Source: an uncultured Candidatus Saccharibacteria bacterium (GTDB taxonomy: Bacteria; Patescibacteriota; Minisyncoccia; Phycocordibacterales; UBA2100). From it: a DNA stretch of 64,000 nucleotides. The notes below the pieces were generated by a model. That model did no database searches, was not told the origin of the DNA, and worked only from the letters and a program-made list of their open reading frames with translations. A program made the translations under genes and the position numbers. The DNA is taken from positions 14,843 to 78,842 of the forward strand of contig CAZHOB010000003.1 of the NCBI GenBank assembly GCA_964534465.1, read 5' to 3'. How positions within the stretch are numbered: position 1 is the stretch's first letter; each line of letters begins with the position of its first letter. Positions 9,301 to 19,189 of the stretch are shown here, piece after piece.

Positions 9301-10224
9301 TTAGAAGACGGCTGCCTCCTCTTTTAGTTCAATGCCAAATTTTGATTTCACAGCCTCCTTCACTTTCTCGGCTAGTTGGCGGACGTCTTGTGCCGTTGCA
9401 TTGCCTTGATTGACGATGTAATTGGGATGCTGGAGACTTGCTATCGCGCCGCCGACCGTCGCACCCTTCATGCCCGCATTTTCGATAAGCCAGCCGGCGG
9501 GGACGCGGCTTTCGCGGGATTTTACTCCTTTTTCTTTTTCGAACATCTCGACGATATTTTGCGGCGCGGTCGGGTTCATAAAATACGAGCCCGCGGCGCG
9601 CACGTTCTGCAAATGTCTCTTTTCGCGCTCGGCTATCGTTTCTGTAATCAAGCGCTCGCTGTCCCCCCTCTTCACTTGGTGCAATTCCAAAATGACGCGG
9701 GTGATTATCCAATTCGGGTTGTCCTTGAAAAAACTGTGGCGATATGAAAAATCGCAGACGATGTTCTCGAATTCGCGCATCTCCCCCGTTGCCATATCAA
9801 AAGCGCGTACAAGCGTAACAAAATCCTTGATCTCAGAACCAAAAGCGCCTGCGTTGCCGCGCACAGCGCCGCCTATCGTGCCGGGAATACCGGACAATTT
9901 TTCCCAGCCGCCTAAATTGCGTTCGGAAGCTTTCGAAATGAGCTGCGAGAGATCGCATCCCGCATCCGCAGCCAATTCGTTGCCGGCAAAAGAATTGTCG
10001 GCACTCTCGATATGGATGAGGAGTGCGTCGAGCCCTTCATCGGGTATGAGGACATTGCTCCCGCCCGCGAGGATAATGGGTCTTATGCTGTTCTCGTGCG
10101 CCCAGCCGACGGCTTCCCGTATTTCATCCTCAGTCTTTACGGATACAAAATAGCGCGCGTTGCCACCGATCTGAAACGTCGTCATTGGCGCGAGCGGCAC
10201 ATTCTCCCTTACCGAAATGCTCAT
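9301..10224 (-). CDS. murB: UDP-N-acetylenolpyruvoylglucosamine reductase
   Basis: TTFQIGG, GGSNVL, GIPGTIGGAVRGNAGAFG, FSYRHS, GSYFMNP. Confidence 0.95.
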   Translation of the reverse strand: MSISVRENVPLAPMTTFQIGGNARYFVSVKTEDEIREAVGWAHENSIRPIILAGGSNVLIPDEGLDALLIHIESADNSFAGNELAADAGCDLSQLISKASERNLGGWEKLSGIPGTIGGAVRGNAGAFGSEIKDFVTLVRAFDMATGEMREFENIVCDFSYRHSFFKDNPNWIITRVILELHQVKRGDSERLITETIAEREKRHLQNVRAAGSYFMNPTAPQNIVEMFEKEKGVKSRESRVPAGWLIENAGMKGATVGGAIASLQHPNYIVNQGNATAQDVRQLAEKVKEAVKSKFGIELKEEAAVF

Positions 10225-10652
10225 ATGCGATAAAAAAGCTTGATGCAGCCGTCTAGATCTATCATCAGATCCGACATCAGTAGTGCGCCCTGCGGGGTGA
10301 CCCAAGTGTAGGCAACGTGTTCTTCGGAAAGCGTCACCTCCGGCGACTCATCGCAATAATAGTAGTAAATATGAAAGACAACGTCCCTATCGGGATAGCG
10401 CAGAAATATGGTTTTAAAAAAATGTAATTTCGACATATGAACGACAATGCCGGATTCTTCTCGCAATTCTCTTATGATCGCTACGCGAGAGTCTTCAGCG
10501 TGCTCCAATTTACCGGCCGGAATAGCCCATCTATTTGCTTCATAGGATTTAGCTGAGCGCCGAAGCAGCAAAAATTTGCCGTTATGCTCCACAAAACAAC
10601 TTGCCGCCTCAATTCGCGGCTTGAAATCTGCAGGCTGCTCCAGAAATATCAT
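10221..10652 (-). CDS. NUDIX hydrolase
   Basis: Nudix box PAGKLEHAEDSRVAIIRELREESGI; ATGA overlaps with uvrB and murB. Confidence 0.9.
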   Translation of the reverse strand: MIFLEQPADFKPRIEAASCFVEHNGKFLLLRRSAKSYEANRWAIPAGKLEHAEDSRVAIIRELREESGIVVHMSKLHFFKTIFLRYPDRDVVFHIYYYYCDESPEVTLSEEHVAYTWVTPQGALLMSDLMIDLDGCIKLFYRI

Positions 10653-12700
10653 GCTTTCATTCTAACCTCCTTTTCCAAAGCCGTAATTTCGTCTCGAATT
10701 AATGCCGCTGTCTCGAAGTCGAGACCGTCGGCCGCTTCATGCATCTGCCGGCGCTTCTCGCGGATCAATTTCGTCATATCGCCACCGAATGCTGATGCGT
10801 CCATCTGTGCAAGCTCGGATACAGCGCGCTTACGCGATCTCTCGATGTCCGCAGTGATGTCGTGTATCTTCTTTTGTATCGTCTTCGGAGTGATGTTGTG
10901 GGCTTTGTTGTAAGCCATTTGTTTCTCGCGGCGGCGGTTGGTCTCACCTATCGCGCGCTCCATCGAGCCAGTCATCTGATCAGCGTACAGAAGTACGCGG
11001 CCGTGCACGTTGCGCGCGGCGCGGCCAATGGTCTGAATAAGCGATGTTTCGCTGCGCAGAAATCCTTCTTTGTCGGCGTCGAGAATTCCGACCAGTTCTA
11101 CTTCGGGAAGGTCGAGTCCTTCGCGCAGGAGGTTGACGCCGACGAGCACGTCGAAAATACCCTTGCGAAAATCCCTTAATATCTCAATGCGCTCAATGGT
11201 AAGTACATCGCTGTGCACGTAGCGCGCCTTGATACCCCTCTCCGTGAGGAATTGCGTGAGATCCTCGGCCATTTTCTTCGTAAGTACCGTAACCATCGAA
11301 CGCGCACCGCGCTTGGTTACCGCCTCCGCCTCGGCAATGAAATCTTTAACCTGCCCCTGATATTGACTTTCGTCCGTAACATTTTCTTGTTGTGCAAGCT
11401 TAGCTTTCACAACAGTGGCTGAAACTATGGGTCGGACGATTATCTCGGGATCGACAAGACCTGTGGGACGGATGACCTGCTCTACAGGCATGCCACTGCG
11501 TTCCAGTTCAAATTTTGAGGGCGTCGCCGAAGTATAGAGCGTCTGACCGATGCGTTCTTGAAATTCTGCAAATGTGAGCGGCCTGTTGTCCACCGCACTT
11601 GGGAGACGGAAACCGTGCTCGACGAGTGTCTCTTTGCGTGAACGATCGCCCGCGTACATTGCGCCTATTTGCGGCACCGTTACGTGCGATTCATCGATAA
11701 TGAGGAGAAAATCCTTGGGGAAGTATGAGAGCAACGTATAGGGCGGCTCGCCGGGCTTTCGCCTGTCGAAATGTCGCGAATAATTCTCAATGCCGTTACA
11801 AAATCCGAACTCGCGTATCATCGCGATATCCTGTCGCGTGCGGCGCTTGAGACGCTCTGCTTCGAGGATTTTGCCTGCGGCGTTCAACACTTTTAGCCTA
11901 TCCGCAAGCTCCTGCTCGATATCGGCGAGCGCGGCCTCGAGCACATCTTTGGGTGTCACGTATTGTCTCGCGGGAAAAATGAATATCGCATCGTGCTTTG
12001 CGGAGATCGCGCGGGTCATTGCGTCGATCTCTTCAATTTTGGAAATTTTGCCACCGGTCAGGTCGACGCGATAGACGACGCGCTCGCTCGCCGGCATGAT
12101 CTCTACGGCCGCGCCGAGCGCGCGAAATGTGCCGGGCTTCAGGTCGCCGGTCACGCGCTCAAAATAGATCGAAATGAGTTTTCGGGTCAGTGTAGCGCGA
12201 GTCATCCGCTCGTCCTTCGAGAGTTTCAAATTCACTTTTTCATATTCGACCGGACTCCCGAGGCCGTAGATGCAGGAGACCGAAGCCACCACTATCACAT
12301 CTTTGCGTGTAAGCAAAGCCTGCGTACATGCATGACGTAAACGTTCGATGTCTTCATTTATCTGCGCTTCTTTCTCGATGTAGGTATCAGTAACAGGCAC
12401 GTACGCCTCCGGTTGGTAGTAGTCGTAATACGAAACAAAATAATGCACGGCATTGTCGGGAAAAAATTCACGATACTCTGAGGCGAGCTGCGCAGCGAGC
12501 GTTTTGTTGTGCGCGACGACGAGCGTCGGCCTCTGCGTCTTTTCTATGATGTTGGCCACCGTGAAGGTCTTGCCCGAGCCGGTCACGCCAAGGAGCGTCT
12601 GGTCCTTTTTGCCAGCTTTTAAGCCATTATAGAGCGCCTCTATTGCCTTCGGCTGATCGCCGTCGGGCTTGTAGTCGGATTTGATCTTGAACTTCGCCAT
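10649..12700 (-). CDS. uvrB: Excinuclease ABC subunit B
   Basis: GVTGSGKT, YYDYYQPEAY, DESH, NLLREGLD, QTIGRAAR. Confidence 0.97.
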   Translation of the reverse strand: MAKFKIKSDYKPDGDQPKAIEALYNGLKAGKKDQTLLGVTGSGKTFTVANIIEKTQRPTLVVAHNKTLAAQLASEYREFFPDNAVHYFVSYYDYYQPEAYVPVTDTYIEKEAQINEDIERLRHACTQALLTRKDVIVVASVSCIYGLGSPVEYEKVNLKLSKDERMTRATLTRKLISIYFERVTGDLKPGTFRALGAAVEIMPASERVVYRVDLTGGKISKIEEIDAMTRAISAKHDAIFIFPARQYVTPKDVLEAALADIEQELADRLKVLNAAGKILEAERLKRRTRQDIAMIREFGFCNGIENYSRHFDRRKPGEPPYTLLSYFPKDFLLIIDESHVTVPQIGAMYAGDRSRKETLVEHGFRLPSAVDNRPLTFAEFQERIGQTLYTSATPSKFELERSGMPVEQVIRPTGLVDPEIIVRPIVSATVVKAKLAQQENVTDESQYQGQVKDFIAEAEAVTKRGARSMVTVLTKKMAEDLTQFLTERGIKARYVHSDVLTIERIEILRDFRKGIFDVLVGVNLLREGLDLPEVELVGILDADKEGFLRSETSLIQTIGRAARNVHGRVLLYADQMTGSMERAIGETNRRREKQMAYNKAHNITPKTIQKKIHDITADIERSRKRAVSELAQMDASAFGGDMTKLIREKRRQMHEAADGLDFETAALIRDEITALEKEVRMKA
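11384..11413 (-). repeat. Palindromic repeat family A, in-frame within uvrB
   Basis: Reverse complement is identical (30/30) to 22193-22222 GTTGTGAAAGCTAAGCTTGCACAACAAGAA. Confidence 0.85.
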
Positions 12701-12751
12701 CGGGCTATACTAACAGATTGACAAGTGAATGAGAATGGTGTATTGTGGCAG

Positions 12752-12840
12752 CAGCATCGCTCTCTCGCCTGCATCCTCGGCAGAATGGTGTGGCGAGACG
12801 TTAGAGCACTGCGTTCCGAGAACGTGGTGCTTTTCTTTTT
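12752..12840 (+). ncRNA. Candidate small RNA (about 88 nt)
   Basis: TTGACA(12718)-N17-TATTGT(12741); hairpin 12763-12798; terminator 12804-12840 whose G-U pairs work only on +; no SD-led ORF. Confidence 0.5.
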
Positions 12841-14086
12841 ATATTAGTTTCAATACACAAACTCCACGCGCGCCTTTTCTAAGGAGCGCGATATCATACG
12901 AAAAATCACTCTGCGACAACGTACGCTCTGGCTCGCTAATTGACTCGCTGTTGAGCATAACTGCCTTACTTGAAAGAAGCTGACGCGCTTCCCGCTTCGA
13001 GCTCGCGAGCCCTGAGCGCACGAGGACATCTACTATACTTTCACCATCGTGTACCTCGGATGAAGGGGCCTCACGCTGAAGCTGCTCTACTGCGTCTTTG
13101 GAAAGTTCTTTGAGCGTCCGATCGCCGAAAAGCGTTTCGGAGATCTGCTCAGCGCTCTTCGCCGTGCGCTCACCATGCACGAGCAGCGTCACTTCGCGCG
13201 CGAGAATTTTTTGCGCATGCCGCTCGCCCGGATTACGTCGGGAAAGTTCTACTGCCGCGCCGATCTCGTCGACCGACATCATTGTGAAAAGTTTCAAATA
13301 GTCGCCCACATTGTCATCGTTCACGTTGAACCAGAATTGGTAGAAGGAATACGGCATCGTCATTTCGGGATCGAGCCAGACGGCATTGCCCTCGCTCTTG
13401 CCGAATTTTTTGCCGGTGGATTTATCGGTAATGATCGGGAGTGTGAGGCCGTATGCCGACTCATTTTCTTTGCGGCGGATCAATTCCACGCCGGAAACGA
13501 TGTTGCCCCACTGATCGGAGCCTCCTATCTGCACATCGCAGCCAAACTCTTTGTAGAGATGCCAAAAATCGTAGGCCTGCAGGAGCGGGTATGAAAATTC
13601 GGTAAAGGATATTCCCTCTTCGCTTTTCATACGTGCATGTATGGCGTCTTTTTTGACGAGGTTGTTGACTGTAAAGTATTTGCCCGTATCGCGCAGGAAT
13701 TCGAGGAGGCCGAGGCGCGTAAGCCAATCGGCGTTGTTGGCAACATGGAAATCAGTTCCCCCGAGAAGTTTGCCCGCCTGCTCTTTTAGTTTCTCTACGC
13801 GATTCGCTATCGTTACTTCATCGAGCAGCGGTCGCTCAATATCCGGCTTCGGGTCGCCTATCATGCCCGTGCCACCACCGACGATGAGAATGACCTTGTG
13901 TCCGGCATTCGCGAAATGTTTCAACAGCATATATGCCGCCAAATTGCCCACGTGAATTGACTCTGCCGTCGGATCAACGCCGAGATATACGGTGCGCTGT
14001 CCGCCGTCCGTAATTTCTTCAAGCGTTTCCGATGAGTGCTGATACACAAACCCACGCTCTTTGAGGATCTTGGAAAGTTCTGCCAT
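12839..14086 (-). CDS. tyrS: Tyrosine--tRNA ligase
   Basis: HVGN, QIGGSDQWGNI, KFGKS, C-terminal S4 domain. Confidence 0.97.
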   Translation of the reverse strand: MAELSKILKERGFVYQHSSETLEEITDGGQRTVYLGVDPTAESIHVGNLAAYMLLKHFANAGHKVILIVGGGTGMIGDPKPDIERPLLDEVTIANRVEKLKEQAGKLLGGTDFHVANNADWLTRLGLLEFLRDTGKYFTVNNLVKKDAIHARMKSEEGISFTEFSYPLLQAYDFWHLYKEFGCDVQIGGSDQWGNIVSGVELIRRKENESAYGLTLPIITDKSTGKKFGKSEGNAVWLDPEMTMPYSFYQFWFNVNDDNVGDYLKLFTMMSVDEIGAAVELSRRNPGERHAQKILAREVTLLVHGERTAKSAEQISETLFGDRTLKELSKDAVEQLQREAPSSEVHDGESIVDVLVRSGLASSKREARQLLSSKAVMLNSESISEPERTLSQSDFSYDIALLRKGARGVCVLKLI

Positions 14087-14103
14087 AACCACCTTTATAC
14101 CAC

Positions 14104-14224
14104 ACGGCGAGAGCAGCAGTGGAGCTGTTTTTAGAGACCCCGCAGGCGGCTGCCGAGCATCCGAGGAATTTTTCAGCAGAAAAATTCCGTGCTCTAAAAA
14201 CTGTCCCGCTGCTGCTCTCGCCGT
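14104..14224. repeat. 33-bp inverted repeat enclosing a perfect hairpin
   Basis: Arms 14104-14136 and 14192-14224 match 29/33; inner GGAATTTTTC-agca-GAAAAATTCC. Confidence 0.8.
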
Positions 14225-14583
14225 CTCACCTCCCCCTCATCCATCCCGAAATGATGCGCGAATTCGTGCCAGATGGTTTCGGCGACGACATCGGCCACAT
14301 CCATTCCGTCTTCTTCTGCAGCTTCTTCGATTGGCAATTGGTAGAGCGTGATGGTGTCGGGCAAGGTCGCGCCAACGCCGTAATACTCGCCGCGCGCGGA
14401 GAGCGGAATGCCGCGATAGAGACCGAGCAACGTTTCGTCGTCTTCCAGTCCCTCTTCTTTGCGCACTTCTTCCGAAGGCAACTCCTCTATTAATAGAGCG
14501 ACGTTCTTTATCTTCTCCCGTACCCATTGCGGTAATTTTTCGTAACCTTCGGCGACCAATTTTTCGAATTCCGCACGCTTCAT
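14194..14583 (-). CDS. Zincin-like metallopeptidase family protein
   Basis: LLGLYRGIPL, PDTITLYQLPI, HEFAHHFG. Confidence 0.9.
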   Translation of the reverse strand: MKRAEFEKLVAEGYEKLPQWVREKIKNVALLIEELPSEEVRKEEGLEDDETLLGLYRGIPLSARGEYYGVGATLPDTITLYQLPIEEAAEEDGMDVADVVAETIWHEFAHHFGMDEGEVRRREQQRDSF

Positions 14584-14656
14584 ATCATCATTCTAGCAAA
14601 CGTTGACGAATTGGCTGTTTATTGTACTGTTTCGCAAGCTAGGAAAGGACGCTTCA

Positions 14657-15322
14657 ATGAACCGAATAGAAAGTCGTTTGCGCTGGTATTCGCTCCTCGA
14701 GAGGATCGCGCGCGCGCACGGCGTCACTATCTCCGATGCGCAAAAGCACACTTCATATGTAAAGGTGATGGCCCGCTACGCCGAAATACATCGCGCCTAT
14801 CACAACAAAGCGCATATAGATGATTGCCTCCTGCTATTCGACGAGGTGAGGCACCTCGCGTTGGAGCCGGATGCCGTCGAGATGGCGATATGGCTGCACG
14901 ATGTCATATACGATCCCCGCTCCAAAACCAACGAAGAAGACAGCATTGTCTTTGCTCACGAGATCATGTCAGAGCTTGGGCTTCCGGCGAGATTCCAGCA
15001 TCGGGTTGCAAGGCGGATCTACCCGACGAAGCATGTGTTTGCTTTGACGAATCCGGACTATCAGCTGATCGCTGATATAGACCTAGCATCCCTTGGTTAC
15101 ACGTGGGAAAAGTTCAAGAAGAACGGCGAGGATATACGGTTCGAGTACAGTTTTGCCCCGTGGAACGATTATGTGACGGGGCGCAACGCCATTTTGCGAT
15201 CCTTCCTCGATCGCGAGCACATTTACTACCATCAGTGGTTCCGCGACCGATACGAAACGCAGGCACAAGCTAATATAAAACGGGCGATCAACGATCTTTC
15301 AAGCAGCATCGCTGCCGAGTAA
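14657..15322 (+). CDS. HD-superfamily metal-dependent phosphohydrolase
   Basis: RAYHN..HI, AIWLHDVIYDP, NEEDS, DIDLASLG, IRFEY. Confidence 0.85.
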   Translation: MNRIESRLRWYSLLERIARAHGVTISDAQKHTSYVKVMARYAEIHRAYHNKAHIDDCLLLFDEVRHLALEPDAVEMAIWLHDVIYDPRSKTNEEDSIVFAHEIMSELGLPARFQHRVARRIYPTKHVFALTNPDYQLIADIDLASLGYTWEKFKKNGEDIRFEYSFAPWNDYVTGRNAILRSFLDREHIYYHQWFRDRYETQAQANIKRAINDLSSSIAAE

Positions 15323-15370
15323 AGAAAAAAGCCGTTCGGTACATCCGAGCGGCTTTTCGATTTGTGGAAC

Positions 15371-15787
15371 TTACGAAGCGAGCAGGGGGGCGCCCGCGAA
15401 TTCTTTCGCTTTCGCGGCAGCAAAGCGTTTTGCTTCGACGAAGCGATGCAGAGATTCAGCTGCGCCGTCTCGCCCGCCGGCACGCTTGTGGCGCGCGTAG
15501 TTGATGTCCTGCGGCATCTGATCGATCAAGTCGAAGAAGAAGGACTGCGTTTCCGTGACGTCGGAAAGCCTCCGGCGTAGAATGCGTGCGCCATCACAAA
15601 CGTATCGGTGTTGTGCCTCGAAGGCAAGCTCGAGGACGACATCCATTTGCTCCGCTGTAAGGGAAAGTGCGAGGCCAACACGCGCAAGGCATATGTGTCC
15701 CGACCCCACTCCCGCCTCGGCAAGTTTGACGAGCCTCTCGAGCACTTCTTCTCTCGTCAGGTTGAAATTCAACTGAAGCTGCTTCAT
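15371..15787 (-). CDS. Hypothetical protein, paralog family member 1
   Basis: SD AAGGAG; closely similar to 17064-17489. Confidence 0.8.
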   Translation of the reverse strand: MKQLQLNFNLTREEVLERLVKLAEAGVGSGHICLARVGLALSLTAEQMDVVLELAFEAQHRYVCDGARILRRRLSDVTETQSFFFDLIDQMPQDINYARHKRAGGRDGAAESLHRFVEAKRFAAAKAKEFAGAPLLAS

Positions 15788-15884
15788 CTGTCGCTCCTTT
15801 GTTTGCATTACCGAATACATTAATACAACATGTCGTGATTTATGTCAAGAAAAAAAGCGCGACCACATCGCCGCGCTTCGAGAT

Positions 15885-16415
15885 TCAGTTGAGCGTTCGC
15901 TTCGGCCGAACCGGCGGATCGTCATCTCCGTCGGTATCTTCCGTATCATCCGGCATGTCATCATCCGGTTCGCCCTCTAGCGCTTCGTCTATCGCGTCGG
16001 TCTGATCTCTCACGAATTGGCTAAGGACGAAGACGAGCTCGTCGCCATCGAGTGCGCCGAGCCGGAGACCTTCGGCTATCGCATTGATGGCTACCTGCGC
16101 GCCCGCATGCCCGCCCTTTTGGAGCGGACCGGAATAGTTGATCTTGGTCACGATGAGCTTTTGCAGAAGCGCGTCCTGAAAATCAGTGGCGTCCATCAAG
16201 AGCTCCTGCAGCGCCTGCTCTCCGCCTGAATGGTTCGCATCAGCGACCCTGCGCGCCAAAGCTTTGGCGATCTTTGCCTGCTCATCGCTCAAGGTGAGCG
16301 CGAGCAGCGCGCGACAACTGCATTTCGGATCGCAGCCGATATTCGCATTCTCGAGTATGACTATCCGCTCGACTATCGTATCAAAATCGAACACTTCAGT
16401 TTCATCGTCGCTCAT
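15885..16415 (-). CDS. Hypothetical protein, distant paralog family member 2
   Basis: SD AAGGAG; ERIVILENANIG..C..R..LALTL motif; acidic tail. Confidence 0.75.
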   Translation of the reverse strand: MSDDETEVFDFDTIVERIVILENANIGCDPKCSCRALLALTLSDEQAKIAKALARRVADANHSGGEQALQELLMDATDFQDALLQKLIVTKINYSGPLQKGGHAGAQVAINAIAEGLRLGALDGDELVFVLSQFVRDQTDAIDEALEGEPDDDMPDDTEDTDGDDDPPVRPKRTLN

Positions 16416-16536
16416 TGCAAACTCCTTTCTATTCCACTGCTCACGGTAGCGCCTGTGGCACAACAGTCAACGCACCGCCGGGAACAACTGCATTCACGGA
16501 GCTGATATAGTTTACGGAGAGCAACGGAGGTTACCG

Positions 16537-17010
16537 ATGAAAACGATGCTGAAAACTGCGATTTTGTGCGCCGGCCTATTTCTGCTGACTCCTCTCGCAT
16601 CACATGCCGCCGGACCATTCGATGGTTTGGCGGGACAGTGGCTGGGGGCGGGCCGGATCAATTACACCAACGGTACCGGCGAAAAGATCCGATGTCAGAT
16701 CGCCTATAGCGTGCCCAAAAGCACGGACATGAACTTGCATCTGGTCTGCGCGAGCGAAAGCTACAAGATAGACGCGTATTCTTCGGTGCATCTGGAGAAG
16801 GAGACTGTCAGCGGTTCATGGCAGGAGATGAGCCTGAATCTCAGCGGAACCGTTTCGGGAACAGCGAAGGATAACGTTATCAACGTCATCCTCACCGGCC
16901 AGCTCGCGTTGCGGCTGGTCGTGGAGACCAAGGGAGCAGAACAGACCGTGTGGATCGTTCCGCAGGAAGGTTTGCCTCTGAAGAACGTGAAGATCAACAT
17001 GCACAAGTAG
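16537..17010 (+). CDS. Secreted beta-rich hypothetical protein
   Basis: Signal peptide ending ASHA; SD GGAGG; terminator about 17020-17051. Confidence 0.8.
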   Translation: MKTMLKTAILCAGLFLLTPLASHAAGPFDGLAGQWLGAGRINYTNGTGEKIRCQIAYSVPKSTDMNLHLVCASESYKIDAYSSVHLEKETVSGSWQEMSLNLSGTVSGTAKDNVINVILTGQLALRLVVETKGAEQTVWIVPQEGLPLKNVKINMHK

Positions 17011-17063
17011 CGCATAGAAAGAGCCCCGACGCTGATAGCGTGCGGGGCTCTCTTAGTGCTTCA

Positions 17064-17489
17064 TCAACCCTGAAAACAGGGAGCTGCAAGGCAAGGAACG
17101 CGAGTGGACTCGATGCCCCTCGACTTGAAGAGGCCCGTGACAAAACGGTACAGCGAATCCTCCGCGTGGAGGCGACCGCCGACCGACTTGTGGCTCGCAT
17201 ACTCGCTGTCTTGCGGCATTTCTTCGATAAGCTCGAAGAAGAACTTTTGGGTCTCCGTGAGATCGCGGAGCCTGTACCTCAACATTGATGCGTCGCCTCG
17301 CACGTGGCGCAACTGAACATCGTCGACGAGAGTCCTCACGATGCTCATCTGCTGCTCGGTGAGCGAAAGTGCGAGACCGACTCGTGCGAGACACAGAAAT
17401 CCTGAGCCAACGCCCGCCTCGGCGAGCTCGATGATGCGCTCAAGGACTTCTTCGCGGGTCAATTCGTAGTTGAACTGAAGCTTGGCCAT
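17064..17489 (-). CDS. Hypothetical protein, paralog family member 3
   Basis: LTREEVLER..LAEAGVGSG..CLARVGLALSLT shared with 15371-15787; TTGACG promoter. Confidence 0.8.
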   Translation of the reverse strand: MAKLQFNYELTREEVLERIIELAEAGVGSGFLCLARVGLALSLTEQQMSIVRTLVDDVQLRHVRGDASMLRYRLRDLTETQKFFFELIEEMPQDSEYASHKSVGGRLHAEDSLYRFVTGLFKSRGIESTRVPCLAAPCFQG

Positions 17490-17552
17490 GGGGCTCTCCC
17501 GTTGCTATTGCTGAAGTATTCATACCACGTTATATACATTTCGTCAAATGCG

Positions 17553-18086
17553 TCACTGCTGCACCAGTTCGGCAAATCGCTTGCGTACTTTTTCGAGTTT
17601 GGGTTCGATAATGAGCTGACAGTACGGCGCGCTTTTGTTTTCTTGGTAATAATTCTTGTGATATTCCTCGGCGGGATAGAATTTTCCCAATTGAATGACC
17701 TGCGTGACCACGCGCGTGCCGTCTTTGAGAGACTCGTCAACTTCTTTTATGATTTTTTCGGCGGTCGCTTTCTCCTCATCCGTTCCATACAAAATGACGG
17801 AACGATATTGTTCACCCATATCATTCCCCTGCCGATTAGGCGTGGTCGGGTCGTGCGAGCCGAAAAAGACCGTGAGGAGATCTTGAAATGTGATAATAGC
17901 CGGATCATAGGTGACGCGGATGACTTCAGCGTGACCGGTCGAGCCCGCACTCACCTGCTCATACGAAGGATTTTCCATTTTGCCGCCGGCATAGCCGGAT
18001 TCCACTTTCGACACACCCTTCAGCATCTGAAAAACCGCCTCTGTGCACCAGAAACATCCACCTCCAAATACCGCCGTCTTTTGCAT
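17553..18086 (-). CDS. msrA: Peptide-methionine (S)-S-oxide reductase
   Basis: GGGCFWC, GHAEV, RQGNDMGEQYRS, AEEYH. Confidence 0.97.
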   Translation of the reverse strand: MQKTAVFGGGCFWCTEAVFQMLKGVSKVESGYAGGKMENPSYEQVSAGSTGHAEVIRVTYDPAIITFQDLLTVFFGSHDPTTPNRQGNDMGEQYRSVILYGTDEEKATAEKIIKEVDESLKDGTRVVTQVIQLGKFYPAEEYHKNYYQENKSAPYCQLIIEPKLEKVRKRFAELVQQ

Positions 18087-18131
18087 CGATTGATTGTATC
18101 AAATCGCCCAGCTCGTATAATCCTCATATCA

Positions 18132-18689
18132 ATGTCTCAAGCTCATGAAGATGAGGGGCTTATCGAAGAATACCTCTCCGGCAACGATGACGCGTTGTCG
18201 GAAATAGTGGCGCGGCACATACGTGCGACGCATGCCTTTGCACTCCGACTCACCGGCGAGCCAAGTGATGCTGAAGAGATCGTGCAGGAGAGTTTTTTGA
18301 AAGCGTGGAAGTCGCTCAAGAATTTCGATGCAAAAAAGGCACGGTTCAAGACGTGGCTTATGCGTATCGTTCGCAACACGGCCATAGATCATTTGCGGCG
18401 TGCGAAAGCGGATATTTCGCTCGATTATGGAGACGAGCCGCTTGCACTCACCGTGCATGATGATGCGCCGCTTCCCGATGAGATCGCCGCGAGCAAAGAA
18501 GATCAAGCTGCTCTCGAGAAAGCGCTCGGTCAACTATCTGCGCTTCAGAGAGAGCTTCTGCTTCTCTACAACGGCAATGACTTTTCATTTGAGGAGATAG
18601 CCGAGATCCGCGGCGAATCGCGCAATACCATAAAGAGCCGCTACCGACGTGCCCTAGAAGCACTGAAAAAGCTCGTGCACCCAAAATGA
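18132..18689 (+). CDS. ECF RNA polymerase sigma factor
   Basis: AEEIVQESFLKAW, FKTWLMRIVRNTAIDHLR, region 4 HTH. Confidence 0.92.
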   Translation: MSQAHEDEGLIEEYLSGNDDALSEIVARHIRATHAFALRLTGEPSDAEEIVQESFLKAWKSLKNFDAKKARFKTWLMRIVRNTAIDHLRRAKADISLDYGDEPLALTVHDDAPLPDEIAASKEDQAALEKALGQLSALQRELLLLYNGNDFSFEEIAEIRGESRNTIKSRYRRALEALKKLVHPK

Positions 18690-18705
18690 CATCGCGTCCG
18701 TATAT

Positions 18706-19182
18706 ATGAGTATGACGGGCGACGTAGAGCGAGAGAACTGCAAAGGCTCTGCTTCTGCAGTTCCGAGCCGAGGAGCCCGAAACCAACGGAGCTTGTTTAC
18801 GGAGCATGGCATACGGCTGTTTCATGACCCCGAAACACCCCGGGAACTCACAAACAGAGTTCTCGCTCGTATCGCACATGCACGCCTGCGCGCCGCGAGG
18901 CTTCGCCTCGCGGCGCTCGGCGCCGTCATGGCACTCTCGGCACCCACGCTCTGGATATCCCTGCAGTACGCTATGCATGAACTCTACATTTCCGGATTTT
19001 ATGATTACCTCTCACTCGCCTTATCGGCTCCCGCGTATTGGCAGGATCTCTCCCTCTCGCTTGTCGAATCGCTTCCCTCCCTCGCGATCCTCGCGTTCGT
19101 TGCCGCTGCGCTCGCTTTTTGCTGGTCGCTGTGGCGCTCATTCCGACACCTTCGTGTAGTTATTAATCCGCGATTCGCTTGA
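18706..19182 (+). CDS. Putative membrane anti-sigma-like protein
   Basis: Follows ECF sigma; PETPRELTNRVLARI then TM helices; N-terminus contains a DNA hairpin at 18735-18763. Confidence 0.6.
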   Translation: MSMTGDVERENCKGSASAVPSRGARNQRSLFTEHGIRLFHDPETPRELTNRVLARIAHARLRAARLRLAALGAVMALSAPTLWISLQYAMHELYISGFYDYLSLALSAPAYWQDLSLSLVESLPSLAILAFVAAALAFCWSLWRSFRHLRVVINPRFA

Positions 19183-19189
19183 CTACCGT

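Noticed and set aside
14127-14201. GTTTTTAGAG resembling a Cas9 CRISPR repeat or tracrRNA
   Set aside because: Only one inverted pair; no repeat-spacer array or cas gene in the window.
17502-18131. 395-aa version of the ECF sigma ORF
   Set aside because: The extension is antisense to msrA; the sigma domain starts at 18132.
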